Assembly (NCBI GenBank): GCA_965217775.1
Contig: CBDCJH010000002.1
Span: 704,001 to 768,000 of the forward strand
Direction: 5' to 3'
Origin: Acidobacteriota bacterium
Lineage (GTDB): Bacteria; Acidobacteriota; UBA6911; RPQK01; JAJDTT01
Length of the DNA: 64,000 bases
The notes under the pieces were generated by a model. It saw only the letters and a list, made by a program, of their open reading frames with translations. It searched no databases and was not told the origin of the DNA. The translations under genes and the position numbers were made by a program. This document shows positions 28,927-37,849 of the stretch, in pieces; the first letter of the stretch is position 1; each line of letters starts with the position of its first letter.

Positions 28927-29376
28927 ATGAAAACAGTCGCAACCATCTGCAGACTCGGCCCGGAAGAGGCGGCCGAGCAGGTATTCAGAGCGCACGAGCA
29001 CGAAAGCGCCTGGCTCGACGCTTTTGCCAACAGCCTTGATCGCCGGCGCGCGGGCGGGTCCTTGGCGCGAACCCTCGAGGTATGGGATCTGAGCCAAGCC
29101 GAAGCGGCCCGTCTTTTCGGGGTGAGCCGCCAGGCGGTCGGCAAATGGCTGCGACGGGGCGTGCCCCCGGAGCGCGCTGGTGCAGTCTCGGACTTGGCGG
29201 CTGCCACCGACCTCCTCGTGCACTATCTCAAACGTGACCGAATCCCGGCCGTCGTGCGCAGGCCGATCCCGTCGCTTGGTGGCGTGTCCCTGGTGAACCT
29301 GCTGGCACAGGGTGACACGCGAGCGTTGGTGGCGGCATGCCGCGACATGTTCCGGTTCGAGCGAGTGCAGGCGTGA
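28927..29376 (+). CDS. Xre/MbcA/ParS-like antitoxin (HTH)
   Basis: LSQAEAARLFGVSRQAVGKW HTH; RRPIPSLGGVSLVNLL C-terminal toxin-binding motif. Confidence 0.8.
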   Translation: MKTVATICRLGPEEAAEQVFRAHEHESAWLDAFANSLDRRRAGGSLARTLEVWDLSQAEAARLFGVSRQAVGKWLRRGVPPERAGAVSDLAAATDLLVHYLKRDRIPAVVRRPIPSLGGVSLVNLLAQGDTRALVAACRDMFRFERVQA

Positions 29377-29969
29377 CCCAGGAACTGCGGCGTGAAACGG
29401 TTCCGGATGTCCACGTCTGGTGGCGTATCGCCGATCCGGCATGGACCGATCCGCTGGATCCGAGTTTGGCGGGGAAGCAAGGTGGACGCTGGAACCCGCC
29501 GGACAGTTTCCCCGTGCTCTACCTGAACGAAGACATGATGACGGCGCGCCTGAATCTTCGGGCTTTCATCGCCAAGTGGCCATATGAACCGGAAGACCTT
29601 CGCGATGACACGGGTCCGATTCTGCTGGGCTGCGTCCTGCCGCGCCGGCAGGTCGTCTGTGACGCACATTCCCAGGTTGGTGTTCGCGCTCTCCGGCTAC
29701 CCGACACCTATCCGTTCGAAGCGGACGGAACACTGGTGCCGCAGGTTCGCTGTCAGTCCATCGGAGTGCGGGTCAAACCGGCGCGTCTACGCGGCGTTCA
29801 CGCACGATCGGCGCAATCCCGGGACCCTTCTGATCGCGAGTTGGCCTGGTTTCCCGCCTCTGTTCGCAGCGTTGCTCGACGGGTGCGAACGCTCGCGTTC
29901 GCGGCGTGGTATCGGGGTTCGCCTCGGCAGAATCGATCTGTTCAATCGGCGCGCCAGTTGGACAGGTGA
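29373..29969 (+). CDS. RES-domain toxin
   Basis: WWRIAD, GGRWNPPDSFPVLYL and RSAQ; GTG start overlaps the antitoxin stop (GTGA). Confidence 0.82.
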   Translation: MTQELRRETVPDVHVWWRIADPAWTDPLDPSLAGKQGGRWNPPDSFPVLYLNEDMMTARLNLRAFIAKWPYEPEDLRDDTGPILLGCVLPRRQVVCDAHSQVGVRALRLPDTYPFEADGTLVPQVRCQSIGVRVKPARLRGVHARSAQSRDPSDRELAWFPASVRSVARRVRTLAFAAWYRGSPRQNRSVQSARQLDR

Positions 29970-30005
29970 TCCTTCAGGTCCTCCAGCAACGGTTGGAGGT
30001 CGCTC
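29942..30005 (-). pseudogene. 3'-terminal remnant of a second ABC-ATPase/TOPRIM gene
   Basis: SDLQPLLEDLKDHLSNWRAD* versus SDLQPFLENLKDHLSKWRTD* at the end of 31550-33103 (16/20 identical). Confidence 0.8.
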
Positions 30006-30029
30006 TGGAGAAAAACATCGGGACGCCCA

Positions 30030-30188
30030 GGACAGGGACATCCTTGTCCCCCACACTCCCCCCGGAATCGGCGGCAAGAAAACCGCCGCTCCCCCTGCCA
30101 CTCTTCTTTCTCACGGTTTTCCTCCGGTCCCCGGTGTAGTGGTCCTGACGGCACAAGAAAGTGACCGCAAGAAAGTGAATGTCCCCTT
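30030..30188. repeat. REP-like palindrome cluster
   Basis: GGGACATCCTTGTCCC, CGGCGGCAAGAAAACCGCCGCTCC, and duplicated CAAGAAAGTGA followed by ATGTCCCCTT. Confidence 0.65.
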
Positions 30189-30202
30189 CTACACGATCGA
30201 AG

Positions 30203-31420
30203 TCAGGCGATGGGCTCGGGGTCCTTTGCCCACAGCGTCAGTCGAAGCTCGTCCCCGAACAGCTCGTACTTCGGGCGGCGCCCCGAGTGCGCTTCGCCGT
30301 CCTTGAGGATCTTCCGCACGCCCTCGCCTCGCGATTCCAGGAATACCTGTCCCGTGCGCTTGCTCCGGATCCTGGACAGGAAACTGACGAGGAGTTGGTT
30401 GCGGGTGAATGTCCGGTAGGGCATGTCCTGGAGCGTGATGGTATTGGGCAGCTTGCCCGGGCTGTACAGTTCCAGCCGGTCAGCGAACAGGAAGAGACGG
30501 ATCTTGGAGCCGGCGATGGCGTAGTCTCGATGGGCGACCGCGTTGACGATGGCTTCGTCAACGACGTCGATGTCGTACCGGGCACCAGCACCGGCGGAGA
30601 CTCCGGTTGGCATGAAGCGGGCGACGAAGGCGATTCCGGCGTCGATCTGATCGGATACGGGACCGGCCAACCGCTCCGCGTGGATCAGATCCTCCGAGGA
30701 CAGGCGGGTTCCGTGGTAGCATGCGGCTTCGATGGACCCGGAGGCAAGAAACTCGGTCGGCTCCGTTGCGAAGACGAGCAAGCCGGCAACGGTCGGTCGG
30801 TCCACCCCATCCTCGTCCCGGGACACGACTCGCGTATTGCGCAGCAGGTCGAGCCAGGGGATGATCGGCGACCGCCCGAAAAACGCTTCGAGTCGATTTC
30901 GGCTGAGATCTCCCACGGTCGCGGCAAGCACGAGCTGTTCGTCGAATACGTACTCCCGGCCGCGCTGCTGGAAGAGCCGGGCCAGTTCCGAGGGCGCCAG
31001 ATCCCGTTTCGTGGACCCGACCCGCGTGTAGTAACGGCCACCCGAAGTTCGGTGAACATAGAGGCCCCGGGCAACCTCCACCAAGACGATCCGCTCATCT
31101 TTCGCACCATCGCCTGGCAGCACCGCCTTGCGGACCAGCGGCCGGATCGGCGGGTCGCAGTTGTGGGTCGCGACGTTGAGGAGCCAGTGCTCGACGACGT
31201 TCATTTTCGCCAACGGAATCCCGGTCACTGCACCCGAATCATCAACGCCAAGGAATACGACGCCGCCCTCGGCGTTCGCGAACGCCGCCAACTCGCCGGC
31301 GAGTTCTTCGGTGTTGGGAGATAGGACGCCTCGATCACCGAAGCGCACCTCCTTGAACTCAGTCCGACCGTCTTCACCGGCACGAAGTTGGTCCAGAATC
31401 TGGTCTCTCGTGTCGAACAT
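30203..31420 (-). CDS. Schlafen/AlbA_2 domain + HATPase_c_4 protein, copy 1
   Basis: EDGRTEFKE, AFANAEGG, EAIVNAVAHRDY; start at MFDTRD (GGAG RBS) by analogy with the paralog MFNGRK. Confidence 0.88.
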   Translation of the reverse strand: MFDTRDQILDQLRAGEDGRTEFKEVRFGDRGVLSPNTEELAGELAAFANAEGGVVFLGVDDSGAVTGIPLAKMNVVEHWLLNVATHNCDPPIRPLVRKAVLPGDGAKDERIVLVEVARGLYVHRTSGGRYYTRVGSTKRDLAPSELARLFQQRGREYVFDEQLVLAATVGDLSRNRLEAFFGRSPIIPWLDLLRNTRVVSRDEDGVDRPTVAGLLVFATEPTEFLASGSIEAACYHGTRLSSEDLIHAERLAGPVSDQIDAGIAFVARFMPTGVSAGAGARYDIDVVDEAIVNAVAHRDYAIAGSKIRLFLFADRLELYSPGKLPNTITLQDMPYRTFTRNQLLVSFLSRIRSKRTGQVFLESRGEGVRKILKDGEAHSGRRPKYELFGDELRLTLWAKDPEPIA

Positions 31421-31549
31421 CGATCTACTCTCCAAGTCGTCCGGTATGAGGTCGGCATCGGTCAGTCACAGGTAGCGCTGAGCCATAGCACAGGTCGTTA
31501 CGATTGTGGAATCGGCGGGACGCTTGTTGTCGGAAGGAGGGCCATCGAC

Positions 31550-33103
31550 TCAATCGGTGCGCCATTTGGACAAGTGATCCTTCAGGTTTTCCAGGAAAGG
31601 CTGGAGGTCGCTCGTTTCGTCGGCAGCTTCGATCCGGGCGATCAATCGGCAGACTTCGGGACCGGTCCGGTTTTGTGCTTCCGCCAAGTTGTAGAGCTTG
31701 GTCTTGGCAATTGCAGATTCGATATCGGTCGCGGTGCTGTAAAGTGCGTCCAAGCGCCGGATTTCTCTGGCCAGGCTCTCCGAGTCGATTCCCAGCTCTT
31801 GGGCATAAACGTGGGGCGCCTCTTTCAAACGTCTCCAGATCCAGATTTCCGGAGCATGTTTGCCGGGTAGATACAAGATTGGGACACGGATTCTGTCGGC
31901 GCTCTCGCGTATTTTCCGAGCCACATCGCTCTTTTGCTGATCACCGTCAAGGACGAACACGAAATTGTCCAGCAAGCCGAACTTCCTGAACGCCGCGGCG
32001 TGCATCGCGAACTCGTCGGCGCCCGTATTGCGGCCGACCTGAATCGACTCTCTTCTGATTCTCTCCTTGGGGATGAGATGGTCGAGAACCCCGTTCAGAA
32101 TTCCCTCGGCGGGTTCGTCCTCACAAAGCAGATTCAAAGCGTCGCGGGACCGGCCATAGAGCGCATTCCGGATGATGTCCCGGTGGGCCGGGTACAGCGT
32201 CACCTGCCCGTCGTCGCCGCGCTCGAGGAAGATCCGTCCATTGCCCGGCACCGAATCGAGCACTACCGGACTGTGGGAAGTGACGATGACCTGCAGATCG
32301 TTGCGGAGAGCAAGCTGTTGCAATTGGAGCATGAGAAGCTGTTGCACCCACGGGTGCAGGCCGGCTTCGACTTCGTCGATCAGGACGAGGGCGTCCCTCA
32401 GTTGCGCGATTTCCAGGGACAACCGTAGGATGGCGCGTTCTCCCGCCGCCATGTGCAGTTCGGAATAGGAGGCTCCCGTCTCCTGCTCCGCGAACAGCAG
32501 ACTCTTTTTCCCGCTGGACAGATGGACGACATCGGAGTAGCTGAACGGCAGCATCTGCTGTGCGAAGTTGATCTGGGAGGCCGTCAGCGATGTCTCCTCG
32601 GGTGCATCCTTCAGATGAGACATCCGAAGCACCCGGCGCACCTCCGACGGATTGCTGAGGTTGGTCAGGGTGCGCAGGTAAACGGGGCGTTCGGGTTGCA
32701 CAGCGCCCTTGCGGCCGAAGAAGCTTCGATTCCAGCCCTTGACCCGCCGCCAGCGCATGGAACGTCGGCCGTTTGGTGTCGAGTACTCGAACTCGATGGT
32801 GACCGGTTGTCGTTCGTCCTCGCGGTCACCGTGCCGGGGACGGTAGTCGGGGAAGAGAGTGGAGGGTACGAAATCCTTCACGCCGGCCCCTGGGACCTTG
32901 TAGGCGCTGGCGGTGGCAAAAAGCACGGTGGACTTGCCGCTGGCGTTGCCGCCGGCAATGACGCTTACCGGGTAGTCGAAAGGCACCGTGAGATTCCGGA
33001 TGTCCCGGATTCCGGCAAGGCGAACCTCTTCGAGAAAATGCGGCATGCTCCGCTTTTTCGCTTGAAGTCGCGGCCACAGTTCTTTGAGCCTCCGGGCGGT
33101 CAC
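31550..33103 (-). CDS. ABC-type ATPase with C-terminal TOPRIM-like domain (OLD-like architecture)
   Basis: Walker A GGNASGKS, signature MAAGE, Walker B LIDEVEAGLHP, H-loop TSHS; C-terminal LLCED...VLDGD; start overlaps the MTase stop. Confidence 0.85.
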   Translation of the reverse strand: MTARRLKELWPRLQAKKRSMPHFLEEVRLAGIRDIRNLTVPFDYPVSVIAGGNASGKSTVLFATASAYKVPGAGVKDFVPSTLFPDYRPRHGDREDERQPVTIEFEYSTPNGRRSMRWRRVKGWNRSFFGRKGAVQPERPVYLRTLTNLSNPSEVRRVLRMSHLKDAPEETSLTASQINFAQQMLPFSYSDVVHLSSGKKSLLFAEQETGASYSELHMAAGERAILRLSLEIAQLRDALVLIDEVEAGLHPWVQQLLMLQLQQLALRNDLQVIVTSHSPVVLDSVPGNGRIFLERGDDGQVTLYPAHRDIIRNALYGRSRDALNLLCEDEPAEGILNGVLDHLIPKERIRRESIQVGRNTGADEFAMHAAAFRKFGLLDNFVFVLDGDQQKSDVARKIRESADRIRVPILYLPGKHAPEIWIWRRLKEAPHVYAQELGIDSESLAREIRRLDALYSTATDIESAIAKTKLYNLAEAQNRTGPEVCRLIARIEAADETSDLQPFLENLKDHLSKWRTD

Positions 33104-36100
33104 GAGGGGTTGTCCTTTCTTCGCGGTTGACGGAAACCCTCCATTGCCTCCGCTGGCGGGGGGAATAGGGGCTTCTGACTGGGTGTTGCTTCACCGTAGT
33201 CGGAACGCCGCTCCGCCACAAGCGGGAGGGAGTCTTCGGACGTGCCATCGCCGGAGGCAGAAACCAAGCGTCCGTATTCACGGGCGCCAAGCAGGTTTCG
33301 GGCGTGCAAGTGGCATTCACGCCAGGACTCGTCGGCGCTTTGAACCAGTTGCCAGTCGAAGCACCGCGGCCCGAGACGGCTTGCGACGGGCTTCGGAGTC
33401 AGTCCAAACAGATTGGGCGAAGCACACGGATGCACCCAGGGATTTAGCTGCACGACAAGTCGTGCCATGTACTTCCTGGCCCGTTCAACCTTGGGTAATG
33501 CTATCTCCGATAGCATACTCCAGACTAAGTGCGCGGCACCGCCGCGCTGTCGGATCTGCCAATCGAAGACAAAGGAATTGAGGTATGCCAGAACGCCAGG
33601 ATCAATGATCTCCGAATCCTTTTCAGAGCAAAACACGGGGGCGGAATGGCCGCACGGAAAAGGAGGAAGCAGTGCGCCAATGAAGGACCTGACATCGGTA
33701 TCACGCGAAATATCTCGAAACCCTACTTTCATGGCGGAAACGTGGCGCTTGTGGTCTCGAGCGTCGTTCATTGGCATTAGATATTGTGGATCCCATACAA
33801 GATTCAGCGGATCAACGTAGTTCCATTTTGCCCTGAGACCGGTCCCGCTCAACCATCCTCTCGCGCTCGGCATGAACGGCTGGATCATGATCCCTTGGTA
33901 CAGTGGTAGTGCGATATCCTCGATGCGGTCCTCCCAGATCCACGCATTTCCTCCGCGTGAGAGGATCACTCCCGCTCGAATCTTTGCCCGCGAAATTGGC
34001 AGTCGATCATAGGGCGGTCGAGCGCAGCGCAGGTACCAGTCGGTGCGGGCGACATCTCCGGGGTTCAGCAGGTGACCGTGGACGAATTGCGTCTCGGCTT
34101 CCCGGCGTTCGGGGCCTGCGGTCGTATCGAACAGCCAATCTTCAAGCTCGATCTCCGCCGGCTCGGGCCGGGACGGATCGACGCCGAGTTCTGCCCAGAG
34201 TTCCTCGATGGGCCGCCAGTCGCCCGGCAGCCACCAGTTGTACTCGTCGGGGCGATAGCCTTTTGCCTCCCACCGCGGGCGGGGCGGGAAGAGGCGGGAG
34301 TCGTTCGTCATGTCGAACTCTCTCGCATAACGGATCCCCCACCCATCCGGCCCGTCATCGCCCAGGAGTACGGAATTGGCGTAGATCTTCTCCAGAATCT
34401 CCAGATCGCGCTTCGACTGGATTTCAAGAATGGCCCGGCTCCGGGGACTAAACCGTTCGACCTGCGCCCGGGTATAAGACGTAGCCAGTCCCTCGGCGCG
34501 CTCCCAGTCGTCCAGATTTCGCCGCATGAACGTCGTGCGGATGGCTTCCGTGGCGCCGCCCTTCTCCACGATGACCGGGTTGAACTTGTAGCTCCTGTGA
34601 ATCGCGAAGACCTTGTTGCGGTTCTCGATACCGAACAGCCATGCCCAACGGCAGCGCTCGAGAAACAGCCGTCTCAACGCGCCCGTCCCGTTGTCGGAGT
34701 ACAGCCCGGAGGGAATGATGAATCCAAACCGGCCGCCGCCTCTCAGCAGCGCGTGTGCGGCTTCCAGAAAGAGCTTGTACAGGTTCAGATCCGCCGAGCC
34801 CTGATGGCGGAATGGATGGGACGGATCGACGAAACCCGTGGCGCGGTCGCGGGCTCTCCTCCATCGTGAGTGAAGCTGTTGGTTCTTGTTTCCCCGAACC
34901 ACCAGGAAGCGACGCTGGCTCTTGGCGTTCTCTTCGGGGTCTCCGAACGGGCTTGCGGCATGGCTCGCGTAGTTGGACTGGGCGCGAAAACGAGCGTTGT
35001 AGTCCAACCAGTCACGCTCCACAGAGGCGTCTTCGAAGTAACTCGACTGCCTCCGCAACGCTTGCTGCTTGCCGTAGGATCGATAAAGAGGATCAATGTT
35101 GGAAAAGAACTCCTTGGAGATGGGTTTGGCGATGTCTCAGGGCGGATTCCCGAGGATTGCATCGAAACCCGAACCCGGTTCTCGATATACGTCCGGGAAC
35201 TCCAATTCCCAATGAAAGAATCGCATCTCGGACTCGATCTGACGGGCCACGTCCCGCGTCTCCTCCGACGGCTCGGCGAAGGTGCTCGGCAACAGAGCGA
35301 CTTCGATCACCGGATAGTGCCGGAACTGGTCGAACCACGCTCCGATCAGAGAGTTTCCACACTTGATCTTGTGGTCGAGGAACCCGAACGGCAGGGTGCG
35401 GTCCATGGTCTCGATCCAGAGGGAGAGACGGCAGAGCTCCACCGCCAGGGGGTCCAGGTCCACGGCGTAGATGCACCGTTCCACCACGTGTCGGCGCAAC
35501 ATCGCCTTGAGGCGCGACTCGAAGCGGTCGTCGTCCGGAGGGCAGGGGATCAGCTCGTCGGCGAGGCGCGGCTCTTGTGTGGTGTCCGGGTGCTTCTCAC
35601 CATCGATGCCCAGCAGCCGGACCAGGGAACGCGCCCCTTCCGGTTCGATGCGGCCGTGATGCTGGAGCGAGGCGTACAGCGCCTCCGTGAGGAAGCGCAA
35701 AGCGGCCAGCGGAAAGGTCCCGGACCCGCAAGCCGGGTCGCAGACCTTGAGCTCCAGGATTCGTTCGGGGAGCTTCGGTGTCCAGTTTGCCGGCGCCGCA
35801 TCCCGATGTACTCGGAGGAGAGATCGGAGAAGTCCACAGGGACCACGGCTCGAGTGCCGCCGCGGCCCTGACGGATCCGGATCGTCGTCCGGGTCAGAAG
35901 CTTCAGCATCTCGTAGACGTCGTGATCCGGCAGGACTTCGCTCTCGAAACAGGCGCTCTCGAACACGGAGAGTGCATGGGAGAGACCCTCCGCCGCATCG
36001 GGCTGTCCCGGTGAGAACAGGTCCCCGCCATACGCCGTCACCGGCAGGTCGGGGTGGTGCGACCCGTCCCGCACCAGCGCGAAGAGGGCCAGCACGCGAG

Positions 36101-37080
36101 GCCACCCACCGAAGCTGTGCGCGAGAGCGCCGGGGCGGGTCGCCGCCCGTTCAAGTTGGTCGAGGAGGCCGTTCAGTCCGTAGCTCTCGTGGTAGAGGGA
36201 GTTGTCGCGGGGCAGCAGTTCCCGGGACTCGGCGAACAGGATCACCACGAGCCGCATCGCAACCCGGCAGGCGGCGCGGTAGATGTCGGCGGGATCGACG
36301 GTGCCGCATCGCTCCTTGAGCGCCTCGCCGTGGCCCTGGATCAGGAGTTCCACAGCCTCGCGGACCCGCTCGCCCAGGACTTCCGAGAGTTCCGCCTGTC
36401 CCTTGCGGGTGTCCCGAATCGCTTGCAGCAGCGGAGCTTCGGCACCCTCGCTCTCAGGCGTCCAGAGTTCCGGCCTCAACAGCGTGCGGAGCGCCGTCAC
36501 CTGCGGGGAGAGTTCGCCATGCTCGAACCACAGTTCCAGGTCCCATTCGCACCAGGCATCGAAGTCGAGCCCGGCGAACAACAGTCTCCACTGTCGGCCG
36601 TTCGTCACTACCGCCAGGTGATCGTTGCCGACGCGCAACCAGCCCAGTACTTGGCTCACGGTGCGGCGGCTCCTGCCGATGCCGAGGCGCTTGCCGCTCC
36701 GGTCCAGGAAGACGGGCAACCTTCCACCGTTGGGACCCGTCCAGAGCTGGCGGGGTTTGACGGTCTCGCCGGTGACGGCGCGGTGTCCCCAGGACGGGGC
36801 GACGTGGCTGCCGCGCGTCCAGTCGCCCGCCGATGGGTCCAGACCACAGACCCGTTCCAGAACGAAGGTTGCGAACGAACGAAGGTTGCGAAGGATGAGG
36901 TGTCGCCGTCCCCGTCCAGCATGGAACTCGCATGCTGGCGGAGCTGGCGCTCGGTGTGTTCGTCGAGAGGACCGGGCGCACTTCGGGCAATTGCGCCCAA
37001 CCGCTTGGGATCCAGGAGCCGTCCGCCGTGGCTGAGGCGCCCCCATCCCGGCAGACCGGGAGTGTGGACTTGGCGCCTTG
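33100..37080 (-). pseudogene. Large N6-adenine DNA methyltransferase (Eco57I/DrmMI-like), disrupted
   Basis: LVVTNGRQWRL, YGGDLF, DPACGSGTF, AVDLDPLAVELCRLSLW, FHWELEFPDV, GNPP*, DLNLYKLFLE; frameshift at ~36876, deletion at ~35800, stop at 35137-35139; 5' boundary approximate. Confidence 0.85.
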
Positions 37081-37128
37081 TTCTCACGATTGGCGCTCCA
37101 ATGGAGCCGCGTGTTGATGTCAAGGTCG

Positions 37129-37519
37129 CTACGCACCGTCGAGTCGAGACATGGCTCTATCGAAAGTGCCGACTGGAGTGTGGCCCGCCTTGCGGGCCGC
37201 CGCCCGCCTTGCGGGCCGCCTCGACAATGAGGCAATCGGAGAATCGGACCGATGGATGGCGCTCAAAGGCCGCGTGCGCCCTCCGGACCGCATCCTCATG
37301 TTGCAAGGCCATCTGGTCGTGTTCCACAAGCATGCCGACGGTGATTCCGATCTGGCGGCGGCTCAGTCCGTAGACGGACTTCAGCACCCAGACGGTCTCC
37401 ATGAGCACCAGAAGCGAAATCCATGCTCCCGGCCCCACGAACGTTTCGGCGTCATGGACCTGTTCCGGGTCGTCCCGGACAATCAACCGGATGAGAACAC
37501 TGGTGTCAACGGCTCGCAT
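37129..37519 (-). pseudogene. vapC: VapC/PIN toxin, frameshifted by a 19-bp duplication
   Basis: MRAVDTSVLIR...ETVWVL...FSDCLI; the native tail GHTPVGTFDRAMSRLDGA* is in another frame. Confidence 0.82.
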
Positions 37520-37768
37520 GTTTGCGTCTCATTCGAGATCCGATGCCGTCATCCATGTCCTTAAGGCTCCTGCGGGCCGGAACCGCGGCGAACACGGCTT
37601 CGTGAATGTCCAGCGACGAGTATTTGGTGGCCCGCCGAACGATCACACGTCGTCCCCCTGCTCGCGCCACTCGATTCTTGAACCCGGCGCCAAGCTCAAC
37701 TTACGGCGGATCGCAGCCGGCACCGAAACCTGCCCCTGTGACGTTATCTTGGATTCGATAGGTCTCAT
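37506..37768 (-). pseudogene. AbrB/MazE-type antitoxin, frameshifted
   Basis: SKITSQGQVSVPAAIRRKLSL; GTG-TG-ATC 2-bp insertion at ~37644; continuation IVRRATKYSSLDIHEAVF in another frame. Confidence 0.75.
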
Positions 37769-37811
37769 ATCCGTGTTTCCTCGATGGCGTTCCTGAAGAC
37801 TGTCTCTCCCA

Positions 37812-37823
37812 TTACCATGGTAA
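37812..37823. promoter_or_regulatory. Perfect 12-bp palindrome TTACCATGGTAA, probable TA operator
   Basis: About 45 nt upstream of the AbrB-type antitoxin start. Confidence 0.55.
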
Positions 37824-37849
37824 ATGAAGCTGGCGCCGACCATCGACTC

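Noticed and set aside
35137-35139. TGA recoded as Trp or Sec
   Set aside because: TGA is the normal stop of many intact genes here (pdxH, xylA, ubiD), and the MTase has other lesions.
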